Assembly (NCBI GenBank): GCA_964618715.1
Contig: CAZUDR010000002.1
Coordinates: 1 to 36,419, forward strand
From: an uncultured Undibacter sp.
GTDB lineage: Bacteria; Pseudomonadota; Alphaproteobacteria; Rhizobiales; Xanthobacteraceae
Direction of reading: 5' to 3'
Length of the DNA: 36,419 nt
Positions 1-8,988 of this stretch are shown one piece after another. Under the pieces are notes generated by a model. That model had not been told where the DNA came from. It worked only from the letters and a program-made list of their open reading frames with translations, and did no database searches. How positions within the stretch are numbered: position 1 is the first letter of the stretch; every line of letters begins with the position of its first letter. Made by a program: the position numbers and the translations under genes.

Positions 1-254
1 TCCTTGCCCGACTTGATGACCACGGCGCGCACCTCCGGATGCTCGAAGCGCAGGCGCTGCACCGCGTCGTTGAGTTCGATGTCGACGCCAAGATCGTAGG
101 AATTGAGCTTGAGCTCGTAGTCGCCCATGCCGCCGGCCTGGTCGACATCCATGATGAGATAGGCGACGTCGCCATCGAACTCGAGGCGCCAGTGGCGGTA
201 GCGCGACGGCTCGGTCTGGTAGTCGATTGCGCTGCTGGTTGCGGTCATGGACAT
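1..254 (-). CDS. boxC: Benzoyl-CoA-dihydrodiol lyase / 2,3-epoxybenzoyl-CoA dihydrolase, N-terminal part (runs off the window)
   Basis: Not in the ORF track. Manual minus-strand translation gives MSMTATSSAIDYQTEPSRYRHWRLEFDGDVAYLIMDVDQAGGMGDYELKLNSYDLGVDIELNDAVQRLRFEHPEVRAVVIKSGK; YELKLNSYDLGVDIEL..QRLRFEHPEV is the BoxC N-terminus. Alternative ATG at 248. Divergent from boxR. Confidence 0.92.
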   Translation of the reverse strand, partial: MSMTATSSAIDYQTEPSRYRHWRLEFDGDVAYLIMDVDQAGGMGDYELKLNSYDLGVDIELNDAVQRLRFEHPEVRAVVIKSGK

Positions 255-307
255 GTCCCGGGATGGCCGGCGCGCGGCGAGCCGGTCCACCACCCTCTCC
301 CTTCGCT

Positions 308-323
308 ATGCATTATTTTTCAT
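308..323. promoter_or_regulatory. Putative BoxR operator (ATGCA-TTATTT-TTCAT)
   Basis: Near-palindromic TGCA-N6-TTCA, one mismatch from the TGCA-N6-TGCA BzdR/BoxR-type box, about 55 bp upstream of boxC. Confidence 0.6.
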
Positions 324-453
324 TCTCCTAGCATCTCCTGATGGGGCCGACAATCAGGAAGTCGCCGGGTCACAACACCGCAGGAGGCGCGGCGCCAGAT
401 TGGAAACATCCCTGAAAACACTGATTTCCCGCAAAAAAACGTCGTTGCCCGGG

Positions 454-500
454 TTGCAATTGGCGGCCGTCTGGACCATAGTCACCGGCAATATAATTCA
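454..500 (+). promoter_or_regulatory. Putative sigma70 promoter of boxR with an overlapping degenerate BoxR box
   Basis: TTGCAA (454-459), 17-bp spacer, CATAGT (477-482); GGCA-ATATAA-TTCA (487-500) lies over the predicted start site. Confidence 0.45.
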
Positions 501-514
501 GGACAGCAAACTCG

Positions 515-1420
515 ATGACCACCGCGACGCCCGCGCATGGCCGCGACACCGACGCCTATTTGCGCCGGCTGGGCGAGCGCGTGCGCACGCTGCGCAATCA
601 ACGCGGCATGTCGCGCAAGGTTCTTGCCCAGCACGCCAGGGTGTCCGAGCGCTACCTGGCGCAGCTGGAAACCGGCAAGGGCAACTGCTCCATCGTCCTG
701 TTGCGGCGGATCGCCCGCGCCATCGGCCTGCCCGTCACCCAGCTGGTCAACGAAGGTGCCGAGCCGCCGCTCGATCTGGTGCTGCTGTCGCAGTTTCTCG
801 AGCGGCTGCCGCCCAAGGCACTGCGTGACGCGCGCGAGGTCCTGCTGCGCCAGTTCAGCGAGCCGTCGGACAACCTGCGCAAACAGCGCATCGCGCTGAT
901 CGGGCTGCGCGGCGGCGGCAAGTCGACCCTCGGTCGCCTGCTCGCCGCCCGGCTGGAAGTCCCGTTCATCGAGCTCGACCGCGAGGTCGAGCGGCGCAGC
1001 GGCGCAACCCTGAGCGAAATTTTCGACATGTTCGGCCAGGAAACCTTCCGGCGCGCAGAGCGCGAGGCGCTGGAAGAGGTGCTGCGCCAGCACCCCCATT
1101 TCGTCATGGCGACCAGCGGCAGCATCGTCACCGAGCCGGGGACGCTGGAACTGCTGCTGTCGTCCTGCTTTACGGTCTGGGTGCGCGCCGAGCCGGAAGA
1201 CCACATGAAACGCGTCATGGCGCAGGGCGACATGCGGCCGATGGCGCATAGCGCCCGTGCCATGGAGGACCTGATCGCCATCCTGAAGAGCCGCGAGCCG
1301 CTCTACGCCAAGGCGGAAGCCGAGCTCGCCACCACGGGCCAGACACCGGAACAGAACCTGGCCGAGCTGTTGCGCATCGTGCCGGTTTCCGATAGCGGCA
1401 TCATCCGCAAGTCGGCATAA
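515..1420 (+). CDS. boxR: BzdR/BoxR-family transcriptional regulator (XRE HTH plus shikimate-kinase-like benzoyl-CoA-sensing domain)
   Basis: N-terminal HTH (RGMSRKVLAQHARVSERYLAQLETGKGN) and C-terminal P-loop IALIGLRGGGKSTLG; adjacent to boxC. Confidence 0.9.
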   Translation: MTTATPAHGRDTDAYLRRLGERVRTLRNQRGMSRKVLAQHARVSERYLAQLETGKGNCSIVLLRRIARAIGLPVTQLVNEGAEPPLDLVLLSQFLERLPPKALRDAREVLLRQFSEPSDNLRKQRIALIGLRGGGKSTLGRLLAARLEVPFIELDREVERRSGATLSEIFDMFGQETFRRAEREALEEVLRQHPHFVMATSGSIVTEPGTLELLLSSCFTVWVRAEPEDHMKRVMAQGDMRPMAHSARAMEDLIAILKSREPLYAKAEAELATTGQTPEQNLAELLRIVPVSDSGIIRKSA

Positions 1421-2497
<1,077 letters not shown>

Positions 2498-2538
2498 GGC
2501 CCGCCTCGTTCGAACTCATCGCGTAGGCCATTCAAGCT

Positions 2539-2862
2539 ATGCCGAAGATCACTTTCATCGAGCATGACGGCACCGAACATACGGTCGACGCCGAAATCGG
2601 GTCGACGGTCATGGAGACGGCGCTGCGCAACGACGTCAACAGCATCGTGGCCGAATGCGGCGGCTCCTGCACCTGCGCCACGTGCCTGGTCCATGTCGAT
2701 GAAAAATGGAGCGCGGTTGTCGGCCCGCCGTCGGAAGAAGAAGAGGAAATGCTCGATTCCGCCTTCGAGGTGAAACCGACGTCGCGGCTGTGCTGCCAGA
2801 TCAGGGTGTCGGAAGAGCTGGACGGGCTGGTCGTGCACACCCCGGCCTACCAGGGCCGCTAG
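2539..2862 (+). CDS. [2Fe-2S] ferredoxin, adrenodoxin/putidaredoxin type
   Basis: CGGSCTCATC...SRLCCQI cysteine pattern, 107 aa. Confidence 0.92.
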   Translation: MPKITFIEHDGTEHTVDAEIGSTVMETALRNDVNSIVAECGGSCTCATCLVHVDEKWSAVVGPPSEEEEEMLDSAFEVKPTSRLCCQIRVSEELDGLVVHTPAYQGR

Positions 2863-2930
2863 CCGCGGTTTCCGGCACCCGGGGGACTGAAAATGGTCGC
2901 CGTGCCCCTGGCAGGCGAGGTTCCGTCCAT

Positions 2931-2956
2931 GGAACAAAATGGCCCGCCGGGCCGTT
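2931..2956 (+). promoter_or_regulatory. Sigma-EcfG (general stress response) type promoter
   Basis: GGAAC (2931-2935), N17, CGTT (2953-2956): exact match to the alphaproteobacterial GGAAC-N16/17-CGTT consensus, just upstream of the PLD gene. Confidence 0.65.
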
Positions 2957-3020
2957 TACATGACGGTTCCACACATCAGCATGAGTCGTGAAAGCCGATC
3001 GGTTCAAAACCCTGCCGGTA

Positions 3021-5135
3021 ATGAAGATCCTGCGCCCGGGCGAAAATGTATGGCGTATCGAGCACGCGGACCGCGCCGCCGTCATCATCGACGCCGCCAA
3101 CTATTTTGGTGCTGTCCGTGCCGCCCTGCTCAAGGCCGAGCGCAAGGCCTTCATCATCGGCTGGGACATTCACAGCCGCACGCGTCTGGTCGGCCCCGGC
3201 GGGCACGCGGACGACGGCTGTCCGGAGAGTTTCGCCGAGTTTCTTTCCGCACTGGTGGAGAGGAAGCCGGAACTGGAGATTTCGCTGCTGCTGTGGGATT
3301 TCGCCGTGCTCTATGCCGCCGAGCGCGAACCGTTCCCCGCGTATTCACTGCGCTGGAACACGCCGCGCCGGATCAGGCTCTGCCTCGACGACGCCGTGCC
3401 GATCGGCTCCTCGCAACACCAGAAACTGGTGGTCATCGACGACGCCATCGCATTTACCGGCGGCATCGACATCACGGCCCGCCGCTGGGACACGTCCGAG
3501 CACCGAATTGACAACCCGCTGCGCCGCGATCCCGCCGGCACGCCCTACGCACCGTTTCACGACGTGCAGATGCTGCTCGACGGCGATGCCGCCCGCGCAC
3601 TCGCCCAGCTCGCGCGCGCGCGCTGGGAGTGCGCGCCGAACGAGGCCGTTCCGCTCGTCGAGAATGCCGGCGATCCCTGGCCGGATCACATCACGGCCGA
3701 TTTCACCGATCTCGATGTCGGCATCGCGCGGACACAGCCGAAGTTCGAGAAACAGGAGCAGGTCCGCGAGATCGAACAGCTGATTCTCGATTCGATCGCT
3801 GCCGCCGGGCGCACGATCTACATCGAGAACCAGTTTCTCAGTTGCATACCGGTCGCCGAGGCGCTCGCGCAGCGACTGCGCGAATGCCCGGAGCTGGAAC
3901 TGCTGATCGTGACACCCGCCACGCACGCGTCCTGGATCGAGGCACGCACCATGCGCAACGGCCGCATCCGTTTCGCCCAGGTTCTGCATGATGCCAATGC
4001 AGATGATCGCATCCGCATGGTCAGTCCGGTGGTCCGCGGACCGGACAATACCGTGGATACGATGGTGCACTCCAAGGTGATGATCGTCGACGACACGTTC
4101 CTGCACATCGGCTCGGCCAACCTCAACAACCGCTCGATGGGAACCGACACCGAATGCAACATTGCCATCGAGGCGCAAAACGCACCGGAACGGGAGGCAA
4201 TTTCCGCCACGCGCAATCGCCTGATCGCCGACCATTGCGGCGTCGACAGCGACGTCGTCGCGCAGGCCTACGCGAGGGAAAAATCGCTGGTCGCGCTGGC
4301 CGATCTGACCGCCCGCGGCCATGCCCTCAAACCCGTCGACGACGGTACCGTCGACCAGAACGAATGGGCCACATATGTGGAGAGCATCGCCGATCCGGAA
4401 AAACCGATCGGCGCCGAGGAGTTCGCCGGCACCATTGTGGGCGGAAAGATCTCGCGTCGCAGCCTGTCACGCATGACCAAACTCGCGCTCGGCGTCATTG
4501 TCGTGCTCGGACTTGTCTTCGCCTGGAAATTCACCCCGCTGGCGGATTTCGCGCAGCCGGACCGGATTCGTGACGCGCTTGAATCCTTCGCGGAAGGAAG
4601 CTGGGGACCGCTGATCGTCCTGGGCGTATTCGTTGGCAGCAGCGTTCTCCTGTTTCCCGTCACGGTGCTGATCGCCGCGACGGCCGCGGCATTCGGCCCC
4701 TGGCTCGGATTCGCCTACTCCGCCGTGGGGGCGCTGCTCAGCGCCGTGATCTCGTTCATGATCGGAGCGATGATCGGCCGCGAGACATTGACCAGCGTGC
4801 TGGGGCCCCGCCTCAACCGGATCCGGCGCGAGGTCCGCAACAAGGGCGTCATTGCCGTTGCCGTCGTCCGGCTTGTCCCGGTCGCGCCATTCGGCGTGGT
4901 GAATCTGGTTGCGGGGGCAAGCAAGATCCGCCTGCTGGACTTCGCGCTGGGGACGGCAATCGGCATGCTGCCCGGGATCGCCGTCATGGCCGCGCTCGGC
5001 CACCAGATTACGCTGGTTCTCACCCGCCCCAGCCTCGAGGCCATCATCTGGTTCGCGCTGGCGATCGCCGCCTGGCTCGCGCTGTCGCTCGGCCTGCAGG
5101 CACTGGTCTCCCGATACTGGAGCGATGCCAGTTGA
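3021..5135 (+). CDS. Phospholipase D-family protein (two HKD motifs) fused to a C-terminal DedA/VTT (SNARE-associated) membrane domain
   Basis: HQKLVVIDD and HSKVMIVDD..IGSANLNNRS; hydrophobic C-terminus with RLVPVAPF..N and GTAIGMLPG DedA motifs. Alternative GTG start at 2988. Confidence 0.88.
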   Translation: MKILRPGENVWRIEHADRAAVIIDAANYFGAVRAALLKAERKAFIIGWDIHSRTRLVGPGGHADDGCPESFAEFLSALVERKPELEISLLLWDFAVLYAAEREPFPAYSLRWNTPRRIRLCLDDAVPIGSSQHQKLVVIDDAIAFTGGIDITARRWDTSEHRIDNPLRRDPAGTPYAPFHDVQMLLDGDAARALAQLARARWECAPNEAVPLVENAGDPWPDHITADFTDLDVGIARTQPKFEKQEQVREIEQLILDSIAAAGRTIYIENQFLSCIPVAEALAQRLRECPELELLIVTPATHASWIEARTMRNGRIRFAQVLHDANADDRIRMVSPVVRGPDNTVDTMVHSKVMIVDDTFLHIGSANLNNRSMGTDTECNIAIEAQNAPEREAISATRNRLIADHCGVDSDVVAQAYAREKSLVALADLTARGHALKPVDDGTVDQNEWATYVESIADPEKPIGAEEFAGTIVGGKISRRSLSRMTKLALGVIVVLGLVFAWKFTPLADFAQPDRIRDALESFAEGSWGPLIVLGVFVGSSVLLFPVTVLIAATAAAFGPWLGFAYSAVGALLSAVISFMIGAMIGRETLTSVLGPRLNRIRREVRNKGVIAVAVVRLVPVAPFGVVNLVAGASKIRLLDFALGTAIGMLPGIAVMAALGHQITLVLTRPSLEAIIWFALAIAAWLALSLGLQALVSRYWSDAS

Positions 5136-5893
5136 CCGGGGAATTGCCCACCATCCGGTTCATGACCTGGAACATCCACGGCACGCTCGGCCGCAATGCG
5201 CGTTTCGATCTTGCCGGCGTGCTCGCACTCATCCGGCGCTGGAACCCCGACGTCATTGCCCTGCAGGAAGTCGACTCGCGCCAGCGTGCCGTCAACGGCG
5301 AGGACCCTTTCACGGTGCTCCAGGACACGCTCGGCAAGCACGGCATCGCGGCACACTCGATCACGACCGCTGACGGCAACTACGGACAAATGCTGATCAG
5401 CTCCTATCCGTTCACGAGCAGCGAAATTCACGATATCTCGGCGCCCGAACGCGAGCCGCGCCGTGCCATTCGCGCCGAGATCGAGTCACCGGCAGGCGCC
5501 GTGCGCGTGGTTGCCACCCATCTGGGGCTGAGCATCGGCGAGCGCCGCCGGCAATCGCGTCTTCTGCTGACACTGGCCGGCGCACCGGACATGACCACGA
5601 TCATGCTCGGTGATTTCAACGACTGGTTCTGGGCCGGTTCGGTACGATCGGTGCTGGCGCAGGAACTGCCCGGACGCAGCCGGTTCCGCACGTTCCCCGC
5701 GATCCTTCCGCTGCTCCGTCTAGACCGGATCTATTGCCGCCCGCGCAATGCTGTCCGCCACCTGTTCACCGACCGGCAGGCGTACCGCCTTTCCGATCAC
5801 CTGCCGGTAATCGCCGATGTGGTGCTGATGGAGCGTTTGCGCAGCCCTGATACCCGGAGTGCGCGATTGACGCACAGCGGGCAGGAAGCATAA
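5132..5893 (+). CDS. Endonuclease/exonuclease/phosphatase (EEP) family hydrolase, YbhP-like
   Basis: MTWNIH, IALQEVD, THLG, LGDFN, LDRI and SDHLP motifs; TTGA overlap with the PLD stop. Confidence 0.88.
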   Translation: MTGELPTIRFMTWNIHGTLGRNARFDLAGVLALIRRWNPDVIALQEVDSRQRAVNGEDPFTVLQDTLGKHGIAAHSITTADGNYGQMLISSYPFTSSEIHDISAPEREPRRAIRAEIESPAGAVRVVATHLGLSIGERRRQSRLLLTLAGAPDMTTIMLGDFNDWFWAGSVRSVLAQELPGRSRFRTFPAILPLLRLDRIYCRPRNAVRHLFTDRQAYRLSDHLPVIADVVLMERLRSPDTRSARLTHSGQEA

Positions 5894-5902
5894 GCAGGCC
5901 GA

Positions 5903-6568
5903 ATGGAAGCAATGACGTATCAGGAATTCCTGCGACCGGCCGACTTCGTTGACAGTGGCGACGAGAGCGTGCGCACCTTCGCCCGCGACGCCATCGCCGG
6001 CATCAGCGGCGACAAGGCGCGCGCGATCGCGCTATACAAGGCCGTGCGCGACGGGATCAGGTATGATCCCTATGTCGACTACACCGACCCCGGTACGTTC
6101 CGGGCCAGCGAGGTGCTCGCCGCCGGACGCGGTTTCTGCATCGGCAAATCCGCCCTCCTGGCTGCCTGCGCCCGCGCCGTCGGCATCCCGGCCCGGCCCG
6201 GCTTTGCGGATGTCCGCAATCACCTGACCTCGAAGCGCCTGCATGCGCTCACCCAAAGCGACATCTTTAGCTGGCATTCCTATACGGAACTTCTGGTCGA
6301 TGACCGCTGGGTGAAATGCACACCGGCGTTCGACCGCAGCCTCTGCGCGCGGGCGGGACTGGCACCGCTCGAATTCGACGGCGTCAATGACTCGCTGTTT
6401 CACCCCTTCGATCCGGCAGGGCGCCGGCACATGGAATATCTTTGCGACCGCGGCGCCTTTGCCGATGTTCCTCACGCCGCGATCCTTGCGGATTTCCTGA
6501 AGCACTATCCGGGGCTGGTCGAGAACGGCAAAGCCGGCGGCAATTTCCACGCCGAAGTATCGCGCTGA
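5903..6568 (+). CDS. Transglutaminase-like family protein
   Basis: AVRDGIRYDPY, GFCIGKSALLAA (catalytic Cys), WHSYTEL (His), WVKCTPAFD. Confidence 0.85.
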   Translation: MEAMTYQEFLRPADFVDSGDESVRTFARDAIAGISGDKARAIALYKAVRDGIRYDPYVDYTDPGTFRASEVLAAGRGFCIGKSALLAACARAVGIPARPGFADVRNHLTSKRLHALTQSDIFSWHSYTELLVDDRWVKCTPAFDRSLCARAGLAPLEFDGVNDSLFHPFDPAGRRHMEYLCDRGAFADVPHAAILADFLKHYPGLVENGKAGGNFHAEVSR

Positions 6569-6765
6569 CCCCCGACAGGTCACCGATACGCGTGACGGTT
6601 GTCCCCAGGGCATCCTCGTGGCCCGTCACAAGGTAATGATTTTTTTGATGAATTATTCCTGCGTCCCGGCGGATCCCGCGGCTTCCACGGCGCAGCAATT
6701 ATCGCATCGACGAAACCGCCTGAAACATGCTTGATTAAGGCAGATTAAGTGCATTTTCGTGACGC

Positions 6766-7842
6766 ATGCGACACATTCAGGGCGACAATCCGGTACCGCA
6801 AGGGGAGCCATCGGCCGCCGACGCAAGCCTGAACGGCGGTTCGACGCTGAAGGTCATCCTTGCCCAGCCGCGCGGTTTTTGCGCCGGCGTGGTGCGTGCG
6901 ATCGAAATCGTGGAGCGGGCGCTCGAGAAATACGGACCGCCGGTCTATGTGCGGCACGAGATCGTGCATAACAAATGGGTGGTCGATGCGCTGAAGGCCC
7001 GCGGCGCCCGGTTTGTCGAGGAACTCTCGGAAGTCCCCCCGAACGGTATCACGGTCTTCAGCGCGCACGGCGTGGCCCGAAAGGTCGAGGCCGAGGCGGC
7101 CGAGCGCGACCTGCACGTGCTCAACGCGACCTGCCCGCTGGTGTCCAAGGTGCACGCCCAGGGCCGCCACTACGTGCGTCAGGGGCGCACCGTGGTCCTG
7201 ATCGGCCACGTCGGGCACCCGGAAGTGGAAGGCACCCTCGGCCAGATTCCAGGCAAGGTGATTCTGGTGCAGTCGGAAAGGGATGTGGCGGCGCTCGACC
7301 TGCCTGACGATACACCCCTCGCCTACGTGACCCAGACCACCCTCAGTGTCGACGACACCCGCGGCATCATCGCGGCCCTCAACCGGCGGTTCCGGGACGT
7401 GGTCGGCCCGGGCACCGAGGACATCTGCTACGCGACACAAAATCGCCAGACCGCGCTGCGGAAACTGGCGAAACTGGTCGATGTGATCTTCGTCGTCGGC
7501 GCCAAGAACAGCTCGAATTCCAACCGTTTGCGCGAAATCGGCCTGGATGCCGGCACCCCCACTTATTTGATCGCCAATGGGGAGGAAATCCGCCCCGAAT
7601 GGCTGGACGGCGTCGCAACAGTGGGTATTACTGCGGGGGCCTCGGCACCCGAGGTGATGGTGATGGACGCCATCAACGCGCTGGGGCGGACCGCGGTGGT
7701 CGATGTGACCACGCTGCCCGGCGAAGAAGAACAGATGGAATTCCGCGTGCCCGTTGAACTCCTCGACGTGGAGGGCAGCGGCAAAATCGGCAAGGACGGT
7801 AGTCTTGGGCATTCCTCTCCAGCAGAAATTGGCGGTCGGTAG
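6766..7842 (+). CDS. ispH: 4-hydroxy-3-methylbut-2-enyl diphosphate reductase
   Basis: [48 protein letters not shown] and TAGASAP motifs. The start is uncertain (about 27-aa extension). Confidence 0.95.
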   Translation: MRHIQGDNPVPQGEPSAADASLNGGSTLKVILAQPRGFCAGVVRAIEIVERALEKYGPPVYVRHEIVHNKWVVDALKARGARFVEELSEVPPNGITVFSAHGVARKVEAEAAERDLHVLNATCPLVSKVHAQGRHYVRQGRTVVLIGHVGHPEVEGTLGQIPGKVILVQSERDVAALDLPDDTPLAYVTQTTLSVDDTRGIIAALNRRFRDVVGPGTEDICYATQNRQTALRKLAKLVDVIFVVGAKNSSNSNRLREIGLDAGTPTYLIANGEEIRPEWLDGVATVGITAGASAPEVMVMDAINALGRTAVVDVTTLPGEEEQMEFRVPVELLDVEGSGKIGKDGSLGHSSPAEIGGR

Positions 7843-8977
7843 CTACGTCTTCCGGCAGCATCTCGCCGGCCGCAAGCGGTATCCACTGGTGCTCATGCTG
7901 GAACCCTTGTTCCGGTGCAATCTCGCCTGCGCCGGCTGCGGCAAGATCGACTATCCACGCGAGATCCTGAACCAGAGCATGCCGGTTGAAGACGCGCTGC
8001 AAGCCGTCGATGAATGCGGCGCGCCCATAGTCTCGATCGCCGGCGGCGAGCCGTTGTTGCACAAGCAGCTGCCGGAGATCGTCAAGGGGATCATTGCCCG
8101 CAAGAAATTCATCTATCTTTGCACCAACGCGCTGCTGATGGAGCAGCGCATGGATCAGTACCAGCCGAACCCGTATTTCTCCTGGTCGGTCCATCTCGAC
8201 GGCGACCGGGAAATGCACGACGCCTCGGTGTGCCTCGAGGGTGTCTACGAGAAGGCGGTCGCCGCCATCAGGAAGGCAAAGGCACGCGGTTTCCGCGTCA
8301 GCATCAACTGCACGCTGTTCAACAACGCCTCGCCGGAGAAGGCCGCCGCCTTCCTCGACGAGATGGAGCGCATCGGTATCGACGGCATCACCATCTCGCC
8401 CGGCTATGCCTACGAGCGGGCGCCCGACCAGCAGCACTTCCTCAACCGCGAGGGCACCAAGCAGCTGTTCCGTGGCATCTTCAGCCGCGGCCGCGGCGCG
8501 CGCAACTGGTCGTTCAACCAGTCCAGCCTGTTCCTCGATTACCTTGCCGGCAATCAGCAGTACCACTGCACGCCGTGGGGCAACCCGACGCGCACCATCT
8601 TCGGCTGGCAGAAACCCTGCTATCTGATCGGCGAAGGTTACGTGAAGTCCTTCCGCGAGCTGATGGAAGAGACGGACTGGGACTCCTACGGCACCGGCAA
8701 CTACGAGAAGTGCGCCGACTGCATGGTTCACTGCGGCTACGAGGCGACCGCAGTCAACGACGCCGTCAAGCATCCGCTCAAGGCGCTGATGGTGGCACTG
8801 CGCGGCGTGCGCACCGATGGCCCGATGGCGCCGGAGATCGACCTGTCGCGCCAGCGACCGGCGCAGTATCCGTTCAAGGACAATGTCGAGCGCAAGCTTG
8901 CCGAGATCCGCGCCAGGCGCGCCGCGGATGCCAAGGCCAAGGCCGACCGCAACGCGGCGATGAGCAAGGCGAGCTAG
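7805..8977 (+). CDS. hpnH: Adenosyl-hopene transferase, radical SAM
   Basis: [53 protein letters not shown]. Likely TTG start at 7805 (MGIPLQQK) after AAGGA; the ORF track start at 7754 looks too long. Confidence 0.93.
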   Translation: MGIPLQQKLAVGSYVFRQHLAGRKRYPLVLMLEPLFRCNLACAGCGKIDYPREILNQSMPVEDALQAVDECGAPIVSIAGGEPLLHKQLPEIVKGIIARKKFIYLCTNALLMEQRMDQYQPNPYFSWSVHLDGDREMHDASVCLEGVYEKAVAAIRKAKARGFRVSINCTLFNNASPEKAAAFLDEMERIGIDGITISPGYAYERAPDQQHFLNREGTKQLFRGIFSRGRGARNWSFNQSSLFLDYLAGNQQYHCTPWGNPTRTIFGWQKPCYLIGEGYVKSFRELMEETDWDSYGTGNYEKCADCMVHCGYEATAVNDAVKHPLKALMVALRGVRTDGPMAPEIDLSRQRPAQYPFKDNVERKLAEIRARRAADAKAKADRNAAMSKAS

Positions 8978-8988
8978 CCAGCCGGCCA

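Noticed and set aside
3021-5893. PLD plus EEP as an anti-phage nuclease system
   Set aside because: The two-HKD lipid-type PLD with a DedA domain and a YbhP-like partner fits lipid metabolism; there is no helicase, methylase or mobile context.
6566-6600. Short inverted repeats after the transglutaminase gene as a terminator
   Set aside because: The stems are only 5 bp and there is no adjacent U-tract.
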